Numbered from the whole stretch's first letter, positions 40,746 through 53,424 are shown. The stretch is 63,695 nucleotides of DNA, filler included, from Squatina squatina (GCA_031763465.1; 4 parts of 4 records of this genome joined end to end with filler, not necessarily neighbours in it); one strand, 5' to 3'. Numbers and translations: made by a program. The notes: generated from the sequence alone by a model not told the origin.

Positions 40746-40957
40746 CTTGAGGTGGTCACTGGCGGTGTTGAGTATATTTTCTACCCTGTCCAGATTCTCA
40801 GCAGGAATAGGTAACTGACCACATACAGGTTTAGACATATCAGGTTTATTGGATACTGATGCATGTGATGGGGTCCTTTCAGAAAAAGCAAGGGCTCTCA
40901 CAGGCAAACCTGTATTGGAGAGAGACAAAACAGAAGTTCTCTGGGGCACTTGCTGGC
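40746..40957 (-). CDS. POC5: POC5 internal exon
   Basis: ttttgcag acceptor, ends ENLDRVENILNTASDHLK|gtcagt and joins in frame to the TNIL exon (human [22 protein letters not shown]). 212 bp. Confidence 0.85.
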
Positions 40958-41839
40958 CTGCAAAATGGAAACATAAAGTAGTTATAAATGTTGAACTGGT
41001 GTTCTATACTTTGAATGTATCTAACTCTGCTAAAACTGAAGAAAAATATACTTAAATATAAATGGGTAATAAACTGGGTACCATACATGAGTATTAGTTC
41101 TTAAAACGACTCATTCATTTTGCTAGTCTATCAAAATTGAAGGTTCCAAATAGTAACGCTTGATCCCGTTTACTATCCGAGATTTTAATCAAACAGCAAA
41201 AAAAGAATGTCACTACACTCCCACGAGGAAGCAATAATCCTCCTATTGTACACACAGAAGGAATGCACACAGCCGACTAAAAGAAGCTTCATTGGGGATG
41301 CCTCATCTCAGGAGAATCTCACTGAATAAGTTTGCATTTTATAAATACAGTGACATCATAATTGTTAAAGACATCATAATAGATGCTATATATAGTATTA
41401 CTAAGATAGTGAACAGCAGCATCATAATACAATACTGATCATCATAAACCAAGATACAAGACAATTCTGTTGCACTTATTTAACTCCTATGAAACAGTCA
41501 AACTGGGATTTGACTAATTTCAAATTTCCACTAAAGGTATTGAAACAGCAGAATTATGGTTTTATACTTTCCAAACTCTACTTTCTGAATTAAATGGGGG
41601 TAATTTTTACCAATCTCACTGGGCAGGAAACCTGCAGGTTCTGGTGGAACTGTGGTTGTACACACCACCCTATATTTTATGCTTTAATCTGCACTAATAC
41701 ATCACAGTTCATGTTACTTCACCATATTAATTTATTTTACCCGGTTTTATTTTAGTTAGACATTAATCAATGTTCCAACTATTACAGCCAGTTAATATTC
41801 ACATTAAAGACAGGCCATGAATAACATAATTTCTGGGTT

Positions 41840-41963
41840 CTGCTGGAAGATCATCAACCTGAAATGTTTCGTTGTCCACAGATGCTGCCTGACATGCTGA
41901 GTATTTCCATCATTTTCTGTTTTTATTTCAGATTTCCAGCATCTGGAGTAGTTTGCTTTTGTA
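41840..41963 (+). mobile_element. Short repeat resembling a Penelope-like terminal repeat remnant
   Basis: cacagatgctgcctgacatgctgagtatttcc...tttctgtttttatttcagatttccagcatct; a second copy lies inverted at 44834-44927. Penelope assignment is from recall. Confidence 0.55.
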
Positions 41964-42094
41964 TAAGTGTTGGGTTAACTGTGTAGCACAGTGAATTAAG
42001 CAAACTGTCCTTCAGTTCTGGGACCTATTGACTAATTTCCAACGTGGTCGTGCCAAGAATTAAGCAGCGTTCTCACTTTATGCACACAATGTGG

Positions 42095-42553
42095 GGACTC
42101 GTTGGTTAAGCTGTGGGACGAGTAATCCAGAGGCCTGGACTATCGATCCAGAGACATGAGTTCAAATCCCACCACAGCAGCTGTGGAATTTAAATTCAGT
42201 TAATTAAATAGTCTGGACTAAAAAAGCTAGTGTCAGTAATGGTGACCATGAAACTATCGGATTGGTGTAAAAACCATCTGGTTCACTAATGTCCTTTAGG
42301 GAAGGGTATCTGGTCTGGCCTATATGTGACTCCAAACCCACAACAATGTTGTAAACAACCACTACGAAAAGTCAAAATAAGAATAAAACCAGACGGACCG
42401 ACTTCTGCACCGGCTACGGAATCGACAATGGCACACCCAGCCCAGTCGACCCTGCAAAGTCCTCCTCACCAACATCTGGGGACTTGTGCCAAAATTGGGA
42501 GAGCTGTCCCACAGACTAGTCAAGCAACAGCCTGACATAGTCATACTCACAGA
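42095..42553 (+). mobile_element. 5' end of a LINE: tRNA-like head followed by APE endonuclease start
   Basis: B-box-like gagttcaaatccc (~42158); VLLTNIWGLVPKLGELSHRLVKQQPDIVILTE fits APE motifs I-II; cut by a gap. Confidence 0.72.
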
Positions 42554-43559
42554 NNNNNNNNNNNNNNNNNNNNNNNNNNNNNNNNNNNNNNNNNNNNNNN
42601 NNNNNNNNNNNNNNNNNNNNNNNNNNNNNNNNNNNNNNNNNNNNNNNNNNNNNCTGCTTTAATGTGACATTAACCCATTTAAAATAAACTTGTTAAATGA
42701 CTCAGCTAAAATAATGGCAGAAGGAATGCCATATAATGAGTTAAGCTAATTTCTCGGCTATAGACCCGAAGGACCTCTGGAGATAATTATAATTTAAATA
42801 AACAAATGTTTTACCTTCTCATGCAGATTTTTAAATTAAGAAATTGATATAATGATTTCACGGAACATGACAGCTTCTCATTTTACCGAGTTTAAAAGAA
42901 TTTATTGAAAAACAGTGGCTCAAAAAATAAATAAAACAGAGGATAATGGATACCCGAGAGTGATTATAAAACCTCAGGCTGAGTTACATTCTTGAAATCA
43001 CTACTGGGATTTCTATTATTTTTTTGTAAAGCATACTATGGAGTTCATGTTGGTTGTTTTATTCAGTTTGGATCTGTTTTGTCGGCAGTGAGTGTCATGA
43101 AAATTACAGATGGTTGGTTTGCATTATGTTATTAATGCAGAAAACTTCCTCATTGAAGGCTGAATGCGAGCGATGGAATCACTTGAAATTTATCAAATGA
43201 TGATTATCAGTTAATTACTCTGAAGTAATGCAATCAGTACATTTGGTCATTATAAATGAATACAAGTCTCTGGCAGCATCATACATTTAGTATATTCCCC
43301 AGCCAAGCAATAGACAATTTTTGAAATACAAATTTTGGCTCAGCTGAATCTTTTACTGGTATTTGGGAGACCCTACAGGATTATATTGGATAGAAAAAGA
43401 ATAACGTAGGCTGTGTTGCGACCAGGGCCAGTAGCACATTCCCAGGCTGCTGCCGGCTCATTCACTCTCATCATGGCCACATTGATTTTGACTGTTGTGC
43501 TGTCAGTATTCTACAGCATTGAGGTGCTGCAAACACTGACAAGCACTGCACAGAGGTAC

Positions 43560-43663
43560 ACGGCTGTACCCAGGCTCTTCCATGACTCCCTCCATATGCT
43601 TAAGGAGAGAGTCACAACAAACAGTGTGGTTCCCTTCCCTTCCAATGGGCGGAAGAGACCTCC
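43560..43663 (+). mobile_element. Harbinger ORF2 Myb/SANT-like N-terminal remnant
   Basis: AVPRLFHDSLHMLKERV...VPFPSNGRKRP parallels the 16969 fragment (L..LV..V......FP..GR). Confidence 0.45.
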
Positions 43664-44833
43664 NNNNNNNNNNNNNNNNNNNNNNNNNNNNNNNNNNNNN
43701 NNNNNNNNNNNNNNNNNNNNNNNNNNNNNNNNNNNNNNNNNNNNNNNNNNNNNNNNNNNNNNNGAGAGGAGAGACGGCCAGTGATCTTATTGGAGAAACC
43801 CTGATCTATGAATCCTGACCTCTCAAGCTGAGCCTGTTTATTAACTTCAATGAGGATGGATAAAGAATTTTGCTCTCTGCTCAGGGGAGTATGATGTGTC
43901 TTTGAGGATGAGAAAGAGGAGGCTGATGATTCACTGCAGAAAATCTCGGGGGCTTTTTGCCCAGCACAGATGGTTGGGATTAATTTTTGCTCCTTTCTTC
44001 TGAACCTTTGCTATGAATCCGGATATCAGCTTAAAGGAACAGAAGCAATGGAAAATTTCCTTCTCACACTGATTTTTTAAATTGCACATGGGCCCCGATA
44101 TTTACGGAAGGCGGGAAGGGAGCCTGATTTAAAAGTTATAATGAGCTGTCCCGCCTCTTGAAAGCGGGACAGATACACAACCTGCCACCACAAAAATGGC
44201 GGCAGGCGCGTACGTGGTATGTTGGGTTCGGATGACTCGTTTTTTTTATTTTTAACCCCCCAACTCTGACCTGCCCGTCGTGGGGTGGGTGGTTAAAATT
44301 CAATTTTATATTTTACATAACTTATTCAAATTGTCTTGAAAGAAACAATTATTTAAAAGAGCCTAACTTGCAAGTCGTCAAAGTGAGAAGCTTTCAAGCA
44401 GTTTGATGAGCAGCATCGCGCATCATTACAGAGTACCTATGTGTGCTGGTTTGGGCTTTTAAGTTGACGAGAGTATCGTTTCATTTCAGTAATGGTTCCC
44501 ATGAAGAAAGACAACTTTTGTGATCCTTTTGTTAGTCTTCTGCATTTTGGATAATTGGCAATTTTCTTTCTTCAGGTTTTGGGCAATTTTAGCCTTCAGT
44601 CATTTTGAAATTGTTAGGCTTCAGGTATTTCAGTAAAATGCTTCAGTAGAAGTTTCAGTTAAACTTCTTGCGATTTATCAGGCTGATATCAGGGTATCTT
44701 CTTCATGTGCAGCCTGCTGAAGTTCTACTTCCTNNNNNNNNNNNNNNNNNNNNNNNNNNNNNNNNNNNNNNNNNNNNNNNNNNNNNNNNNNNNNNNNNNN
44801 NNNNNNNNNNNNNNNNNNNNNNNNNNNNNNNNN

Positions 44834-44927
44834 ACTGCAGATGCTGGAAATCTAAAATAAAAACAGAAAATGCTCAGCAGGTCAGGCAGCATCCGTAGGG
44901 AGAGAAACCAAGTTAATGGTTCAGGTT
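44834..44927 (-). mobile_element. Second copy of the Penelope-like short repeat
   Basis: Reverse complement gatgctgcctgacctgctgagcattttctgtttttattttagatttccagcatctgcagt matches the copy at 41840-41963. Confidence 0.55.
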
Positions 44928-46952
44928 TTAATGAATTATTTTTGGTATCTTTAAATTTGGAAGCACGAGTCTCTCTTTTAGCCGACAGTGTTCTAATGGA
45001 ACAGCTGCTTTGCAGAAGGAACAATCTACCAGATGTTTAAGTCACAACTCATCCAAGCTAAATATTGGACAGAAAAGTTAGTAAAAGCAAAGTAAGCTGT
45101 TAGTAAATTTGTTATATAAACTGCATGCTACAAATTGGATCAGACTATAACACTTGTATTAAACAAATGTAAGTAACCTAACAGTGTGTTATAATGTTAT
45201 TTATGCTTATTTAATAAAATGCTGATTTAAATTTATTTCTCTCTTTAGGTCACTGTATGACATGTATCATTCACTATCAGAAAAGGCTAGTCAGCTCCTT
45301 CCAGGCTTTTGTGTTTCTTGCGTTCCTGTGTATTACAAGAGCTGTGGGACACTGGTCCATGCTAAGTTGCCTGACATTTCCTTTCTCCTGTGGGGGAGCA
45401 CTTCACCTCGACTCTGTGTTGCCCTAAACGTCTTATCACGGAATAGCATTGTGTGTTTTTGCTGTGTCACTGCACTGCTGGGTGTTTCATTGTTTAACAA
45501 TTCAGGATGCTCTGTTTTCCTTCTCATAGTGCAGATTAGCTATCCAGATAATTAAAAGATACAGCTGAGGAAACGTGCTCGATGAAATAATACACCACCA
45601 ACTGGGGTAGGATTGCAAAAACAGATTAGGATTGATTTTAACTCTCTGCCTCGTGGACAAAGGGTTGTTGCAGCCAAATGATTGCAGTGCTGCACTTAAC
45701 ACCCTCATCCTGCTGTGATCCCACCACTGCTATTTTGCATGGGGCCTTCACTCGGTCCCAAGCAGGCGGGAGGCTCATTAAAATATTTAAATCGGGGTCC
45801 TACAATGCCAAAAGCGGAAGTAGTGTGCAGTGCTCGACCCGTCTAGTGCTATGGGTGGTGCATGTGTGAAACAGCAATTGGTAGCGTTATTTAAAGGGGA
45901 ACTCAGATCAAGTTTTTCCATTGAAATTCACTGATTTTCACTTTTCTTCTGCTTCCAAACCTCCAAGAAGCTCAGGGCTCAAGAGGAGAGTCATCCTGTC
46001 CACCCTTCAGTGGATGGAGGAAGAGGAGAAAGAGGAAGCAGGTTGGGGAACCTCGAGGAGCTTCAGTTGATGCCTGAGATTAACTTATCAGAAATTTTAC
46101 AGCATTCCACCGTTACCTGGTCAAACAATAATTTGGCTAATGAGAGTGGACAGAAAATTTACTTCATATGACCATGCACCAATTATTTGCGTGAAAACTA
46201 TAATCGTATATGACAGCTGATCTTACAGAATTGTTTGAATACTGCACAGAATATGGATGGTTTTGTACATATTTTACTTTAAAAGGGTTGTATATCATTT
46301 AAATGCTGTATAACAGAAGACTTTAACTGTAGGAATTGCTGGAATGCCTACCTTCAGCATTGTCTGACAGCCGGATCTGTTAATTTTATAAACAATTAAA
46401 AAGAAATACAAGTATAGATTCCTGGATTGCTATACTATTTGTAAGGTTGGATCCCTTCGATGCTAAAGTTCTGATTACAAAATGGCAGTGCTGGCAATAT
46501 TACAGAAAGATCAAGTCAACATTATTTTAAAATGACTAATCTAAGTAAAAATTGTTTCAGTGATTTCAATTATGGGATACAATGCCTTTAAGCAAGATTT
46601 GATCTTTACAGAGTTGATTCACTTGAAGTACAGTATTGATATCAATTTAATTTGGAATGATTTATTTTGCTGCAGATTCAGAGTAAATCATGCAGTCCCT
46701 GTATCAGGCTATAAATTGTGTATTGTTGAAACTTGCTTTGTTGTGTGTTTGCCATTTATTAGGAACCAGTCGATCTCCTGTGGCACACATGACAAGTCAG
46801 AGAACATGGTCACCCTCCTACCTGTCTCCGATGTCTTTATGTTGCTAATTTCTTCACTTCAATTTCTCCTCTTCTGTTTCGCTCTTTCCCTACTCTGCTG
46901 CTTCTCTCTGCATAGCTCTTCTTTTTGCTTTTCAATCTGCCTTCTGCTTTTT

Positions 46953-47404
46953 CATAGAATCATAGAATGATACAACACAAAAGAAGGCCATTCAGCCCAT
47001 CGTGCCTGTCCCGGCTCTTTGGTATAGCTATTCAATTAGTCCTGCTTTCTTGCTCTTTCCCCATAGCCCTGTAAATATCTTCCCTTCAAGTATTTATCGA
47101 TTCTCTTTTGAAAATTATGATTGAATCTGCTTCCACCACCCTTTTAGGTAGTGCATTCCAGATTATAACAACTCGCTGTGCAAACTCTGTGTAACTCTGC
47201 TCTAAGGAGAAAAATCCCAGCTTCTCCAGTCTTTCCACATAACTGAAGTCCGTCATCCCTTTTACCATTCAAGTAAATCTCTTCTGCGCCTTTTCTGCAT
47301 TCCTTCCTAAAGTGCGGTGCCCTGAATTGGACACAATACAGCAGCTGGGGCCCAACCAGTGACTTTTAAAGGTTTAGTATAACGTCCTTACTTTTGTAAT
47401 CTAT
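46953..47404 (-). mobile_element. CR1 LINE 3' fragment with internal deletion
   Basis: YVERLEKLGFFSLEQ joined to QRVVIIWNALPKRVVEADS; (catagaat)n tail; similar to 6226-6880. Confidence 0.88.
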
Positions 47405-47472
47405 GGGCTAGAAATTCAGCTCTGTAGCTTCCAGTTTTTCGGTGCGACAGGTGCCAGTTTGTGTCCAAAATG

Positions 47473-47572
47473 NNNNNNNNNNNNNNNNNNNNNNNNNNNN
47501 NNNNNNNNNNNNNNNNTTAATTAATTAANNNNNNNNNNNNNNNNNNNNNNNNNNNNNNNNNNNNNNNNNNNN
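47473..47572. other. Artificial scaffold spacer N44-TTAATTAATTAA-N44
   Basis: Linker core at 47517-47528. Confidence 0.97.
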
Positions 47573-48037
47573 GGGGCCAGGAGAGAGATGAGGAAACTCC
47601 AACCATATGGATTCTTGAAACTGTAGAATTTTGTTGGGCTTCATTTCTTTTATTTTCTTGGATGTTATCTTTTATTAGTTTAAAAATTCAAGTTGAACAA
47701 GGAATTATTGTAAAATTTTCAAGTCTGCCCTTCATAGCAGGGCATGGAAACAGCTTTGACAGAGACCATGGGTCCATTAGTTTAACAGGGGTCCTAATAG
47801 TGATAATCACTTTAGGCAAACCTTGTTTTGCTTTTTAAAGGACAATACAATAACACATTCAATGTGCCACTTATATGAGATGTTATCATGACAAAAAATG
47901 ACATGCAGATCTTGTGGTCTCCCACTTCCCTGAACAAAATATTGTTTATGATACTTTCATGAAGACCATGCAGCTTTAAACAAGTATCAAAGGAGTTCTT
48001 GAAAGTCGTGTTTAATATTTTTGGACAAAACACTTAC

Positions 48038-48343
48038 TTGTGCAAAACGCACCAGAGGGCAGAGCAATTCCCCAAAAAGCCACCTTTGAAGGAGGACCTC
48101 GGTAAATGTGAGGGGTATACAGAAAATAGCCATAGTCAGGTCAGCCACAGCGAGGTTGATGAGAAACATTCTGATGTCCGTTCTGGTTCTGCAGCCCATG
48201 GTCAGCACCCAGATGACCAGTATGTTCCCACTTAATGACAGGACGGTAGCTGAGGCATACATGATGATGATGACGTAATGGGCTGCGTCTGGGATTATTA
48301 AATGTGTCTCATTTTCCATGGTCTGTGAGATGTTGTACTCCAT
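48038..48343 (-). CDS. Class A peptide-type GPCR, exon encoding N-terminus to start of TM3; subfamily unassigned
   Basis: N-glycosylation sites NIS/NET, TM1 GNILV, TM2 FLINLAVADL, ECL1 WLFGELLC, donor RFAQ|gtaagt; uninterrupted frame. Confidence 0.9.
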
Positions 48344-49146
48344 GCTGGTATCAGTGGAGTTGGGTTTATTTATGGGATCCCACCAAAGCAGTTTCTTCTT
48401 TTTTCTTCCCCAAGGTTTCTGAAATTAGATTGTCATCTGATTATCAGTACAGAATCTGTAAAAATCAGGGTAAAGTGACATAAAGAAACCAGCAAATCTA
48501 TAAATATATCTTGTCACCTTGATTTTTGTTATTAGAAACAGTCCCAACAACAGCTGTTGAAAGTGGTACATATATAAAACAGGACAAAGGCTTTCAGCCC
48601 ATCATGCCAATCTCTTCTCAGACTGCTTATAATTTTCCCGATAATGGACCCTACTCCGTCTACTCAGGGAGGTGATCAACCAGTTAAACCTTCCAACAAA
48701 GTAAACTTCTGTGAAATTTCTGCCTGGCTCACTGAAACTGCAGTGAGCAATTGCTTTCCACAGCAGAATCATCCAAGGTCTAAGATTATGTGATTCATCA
48801 TGGTCCTTGGAGTAATTAATCATCTGTCTATTCCTAGCCTTATAACCTTCAAAACAGTTCTTAAGCAAGTATTTATCAGCTCCCCATTGAAGGAGCTATT
48901 TGGGGCAGCAAATCTTGAGTCTCACTTGAGCTTTGCTCATTTTGTACCTTTCTGTACCCAGTCCACGTAAAACTAACCTGTTTCCATCCATTTTATCCAA
49001 AACCTCTCCTTGTTCTCAACAGCTGTCTCCCATGGTTTCTGAATTANNNNNNNNNNNNNNNNNNNNNNNNNNNNNNNNNNNNNNNNNNNNNNNNNNNNNN
49101 NNNNNNNNNNNNNNNNNNNNNNNNNNNNNNNNNNNNNNNNNNNNNN

Positions 49147-49457
49147 CCATGATTACTGTAGTACCCTTGTTACATACATCTCTAATTTCCTGTTTAATGC
49201 CATCCCCTACATTGCCACTATTGTTTGGAGGCCTATAGACAACTTCCACCAGTGTTTTCTGCCCCATGGTGCTTCTTAGCTCCACCCAAACTGATTCTAC
49301 GTCTTGATCTTCCAAGCCAAGATCCCTTCTCACTATTGTCCTGATCTCATCTTTTATTAACAAAGCAACCCACCTCCTTTTCTTTTATGCCTATCCTTTC
49401 GAAATGTCAAGTACCCTTGAACATTCAGTTCACAACCATGGTCACCCTGCAACCATA
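49147..49457 (-). mobile_element. CR1 LINE endonuclease fragment
   Basis: ESVWVELR...VVYRPPN...TVIM motifs. Confidence 0.85.
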
Positions 49458-50286
49458 TAGCACAGAAAGAATGGAGATTTCCTTCCCATCAGTCTGGCTG
49501 CATTTAAAATTCTAAATTGAAAAGAGTTTTCCAGCCCACTGAGTCACCAAGGCCCTTATTATTTGTGTCCAATTAAAGAAAATCACATTCATTATCAACT
49601 TTAGCTATAGATCATGGCACGTGCAGGCAACTGCATTTAGGTATCCTTTGCCATATTTTTCAACCTCAACTCAGCTTCCACCCCCACATCAAATCTCACT
49701 TTTCTTCACCTTTGCCCCTATCTCTCCTCCTCTGCCACCAAAACCTTAATCCAAACACCCCAGTCAGAATTCACTAATGCCATCCTTGCCAGCATCCCCA
49801 CTTTTACCTTGTCCCACGGAAAGAATTTTAAGAATCTTGCCCCATCTTCGAATCCCTCCGCAGGCATTGCACCCTCCCCATACTTCCGTAATCTCATCCA
49901 GTTGCGTCCTTGTGCGCCTTGTCATCCCACAATTAGTAGCAGCTTCTTTAGTCTTAAGCTCTTCTCCTTAGCATCGCTGCCTTGCCAGCTCCCTTCCTCC
50001 CTTCAAGAGCCGCTTTTACAGACTCCCTTTCATCCATGGTTTTCTCCTTTCTTCACTCCACCTGCTCTCTACTCAGTGTCCACATATTATCCACTGCCCT
50101 ATAAAGCACGCTGTGATGTCTTTGTAAATGATCAGTTCCATAAAAATGCCAGTAATTGTTGTTCTAGTGATAAGGCCTTTTGCAGTGTTACTGAACAAAA
50201 ATGTTTCCTTTTGTTTATTCAGGAAATACTAAGAAGTGTGTCACAATTTTCTACAATTCATTTAATCCTACGTCAAAGCATTTTCA

Positions 50287-51076
50287 ACCCCAAGGAAGAA
50301 CGCCGTCTCTATGGGGTTGGCTTTGCCATAAAAAACACACCACTCGGGTGCGTTAGCAAGTCCCCTTGCAGGATAAACGAATGCCTCATGACCCTTTGAC
50401 TCACCCTAATCCAGAACTAGCACTCTATGGTCGTCCGTGCGAACACCCCAACCTTAGAAGCAACTGACGAGGGCAAAGAGGATTCTACTCCAGCCTTGAG
50501 CAATCCCTGTCCCATGTCCCAAAGGGAGACAAGCTGATCCTCCTCGGCGATTTCAATGCCAGAGTTGGGAAGGATGCAAACCTCTGGAAAGGTGTGATTG
50601 GTAGGGAGGGAGTAGGGAAAGCAAACTCCAACAGAGTCGTTCTCATGACAAATTGCTTGGAATGTGACCTTGTAATAACCAACACCTTATTCTGCCAGAG
50701 AGACATGTACCAGACCTCATGGTAACACCCTCGCTCGAGACACTGGCACCTACTAGACTACATCATCGTTCGAGCGAGGGACCGCCAGGATGTCCACAGC
50801 ACCCGCGCCATGACAGGAGCTGATGACTGCTGGACTGATCACAGCCTAATCCGCTCTATTATATCCATCAACCTGGCCCAAACACAACAATGGCAACAGG
50901 AACACTGCCGCAGGAAAATCAGCATCGAAGGACTCAAAGATCCTGCGAAGAAAGCCCGACTCCTCCAACACCTCACAACAACCTGGCTAATCTCAATGAA
51001 TCGCAATCACAGAGTGTCCACAATATGTGCTCTGCCCTCAAGTCTATGGTCACCAGCACCTGTGAGTAGACTCTTG
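50287..51076 (+). mobile_element. RTE-clade LINE copy A, 5' part (endonuclease), interrupted at 51076
   Basis: GVGFAIKN, LILLGDFNARVG, WHLLDYIIVR, CWTDH motifs with stops; colinear with 52075-52862. Confidence 0.9.
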
Positions 51077-51436
51077 GGGCGCCCAATTTGTGGGTAAACC
51101 TTTGGCGCGAAATCAGCGCGAAACGGGCATTCATGCACTTTGGGCATGAAAATGCGGGCGCAAAATTCGGGTCCTGTTCGTGCTGGTGCAAAACGGGCAC
51201 AAGGCCTCTAAGGCTCCAAGCGCTAGCTGTAATTTAATTGTGGCGCTATGACGTCATAAGTGCGTGCGGCGCCCTAAATGGCTGCCTGTCCGAAATTCAG
51301 CAGTGTCAGTGTGCACTAAATCAAGTGGTGACACGAGCCTCAGCTCAGAGAATCCAGCGCAAGTGAAAGCAGTCAGATTAGGCTCCATTGTATTGCTCCA
51401 TGATGTGGTCTTTACTTCACTCTGAGTCTCTACTGG

Positions 51437-51461
51437 GATGGATGGATGGATGGATGGATGG
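51437..51461. repeat. (GGAT)n microsatellite
   Basis: About six GGAT units. Confidence 0.9.
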
Positions 51462-51737
51462 ACCCTGCCTGCTGTGTGAACTGAGCAGTGAGCAGGGCTT
51501 TATGTGGGAGACATGCAGCTGGAAGCAATTAACTGGGCTATAAGGAAGTTGGAAGCACTTAAGTTAACTGAGGAATTAAGTGGCCTATGAGGTTGGAAGC
51601 AAACTGTGGAATTTGCATGAACACCACGAATAGCTCANNNNNNNNNNNNNNNNNNNNNNNNNNNNNNNNNNNNNNNNNNNNNNNNNNNNNNNNNNNNNNN
51701 NNNNNNNNNNNNNNNNNNNNNNNNNNNNNNNNNNNNN

Positions 51738-53424
51738 GAGCCAGGTCTCCAATTGTCTCAGGCCTCCTTCCCATTGGATCAAGACCTTGCTCGGCCAAGA
51801 CTATGTGATAGCCAGTGTGCAACGGCCACCCCACGTTAAAAAAATCCATGTACAGGCATCTTCCACCCCTTCAAAATGAAGTTTGGAACCTGGAACGACA
51901 GGGTCCTCATGGACAACCCCAACAGTGACAGACCCGAACGGTGCACTGCCATCATAGCCCAGGAACTCAGGCGTTACAACATTGACATTGCCACCCTGAG
52001 TGAGACACGGCGGGCAGGAGAAGGCCAGCTCAAGGAGTTAGGCGGTGGATACACCTTCTTCAGGAAAGGTAAACCAGAGGAGGAATACCTTCTCCATAGG
52101 ATCGGTTTCACCATATAAAATGAACTAGTCAGGTGCCTCAGCGAGTCCCCTTGCGGGATAAACGAACGCCTCATGACCCTCCGACTCTCCGAACCCAGGA
52201 CCAGCACACCACGGTCATCAGTGGGTACACTCCAACCCTAAAACAACAGAGGAGACCAAAGAGGACTTCTACTCCACCCTCGAGCAATCCCTGTCCCACG
52301 TCCCAAAGGGAGACAAACTGATCCTCCTCGGCAATTTCAATGCCAGAGTCGGGAAGGACGCGATCATCTGGAAAGGCGCGATAGGCAGGGAGGGAATCGG
52401 GAAAGCAAACTCCAACGGAGTCCTCCTCCTGACAAAGTGCTTGGAACATGGCCTCGTCATAACCAACACCCTATTTTGCCAGAGAGACAAGTACAAGACC
52501 TCATGGCAACACCCTCACTCCAGGCACTGGCAACTACTAGACTACGTCATTGTTCGAGCGAGGGATTGCAAGGATGTCCGCATCACCCGCGCCATGACAG
52601 GAGCCGACGACGGCTGGGCCGACCACCGCCTAATCCGATCTATCATTTCTATCAAACTGGCCCAAAAACAACAGCGGCAGCAGAAAAACTGCCGCAGGAA
52701 GATCAGCATCAAAGGACTGCAAAGGTCCTGCGAAGAAAGCCCTACTCAGTCAATGCCTCACAACAAACCTGGCCATGCTTAACGAATCGGAGCCACAGAG
52801 TGTCCACAATGTGTGGTCCACCCTCAAGTCTAGGATCACCAGCACCTGCGAGGAGACTCTTGGTTTCTCTACCAGGAAACATTAAGACTGGTTTGACGAG
52901 AACGACCAGGAGATTCAGGAGCTGCTAAACCGCAAATGCAAGGCTTTCCTGAACTGGAAGCACCACCAAAACTCGAGGGAAGGAAAGCAGGTCTACAGAC
53001 AAATGAAGGCAGAGGTCCAACAAAAAACTCGGGACCTAAAGAATAGATGTTGGGTCGAAAGAGCGCAGGAGATCCAGCAACTCACCGACTACAACGACAT
53101 GTGTGGATTCTTCAGCACAGTCAAGACCATCTAGGGCCCAAACACCCAAGGACCTACCCCACTGAGAGCTAAGAATGGAGACGTGTTCATTAAGGACAGA
53201 GGGGCAGTCAGCACCCGCTGGAAGGAGCACTTCGAGGAACTCCTCAACCAAGACTTGGTCATCGACGCCCGAGCCCTGGATTCCATCCCACAACATCCTA
53301 CCCACCATCACCTCAACACAACCCCTGCCCTACATGAGGTCGTAAAGGCCATCGAGCAGCTGAAATACAACAAGGCTTCCGGCACAGACGGAATCCCCGC
53401 TGAAATACTAAAATACGGCGGTGA
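51738..53424 (+). mobile_element. RTE-clade LINE copy B (5' UTR, endonuclease, linker), gap-bounded
   Basis: ATG 51876 MKFGTWN...DIATLSETR...GYTFF; KTSWQHP..HWQLLDYVIVR; WKEHFEELLN; KASGTDGIPAEILKYGG; stops and frameshifts. Confidence 0.92.

Noticed and set aside
44340-46950. Purine-rich minus-strand stretches as upstream POC5 exons
   Set aside because: In-frame stops and no match to the POC5 N-terminus that I can recognise.
51738-51875. HDV-like ribozyme in the RTE 5' UTR
   Set aside because: Known for some RTE elements, but I could not build the nested double pseudoknot by eye and the 5' end is cut by a gap.
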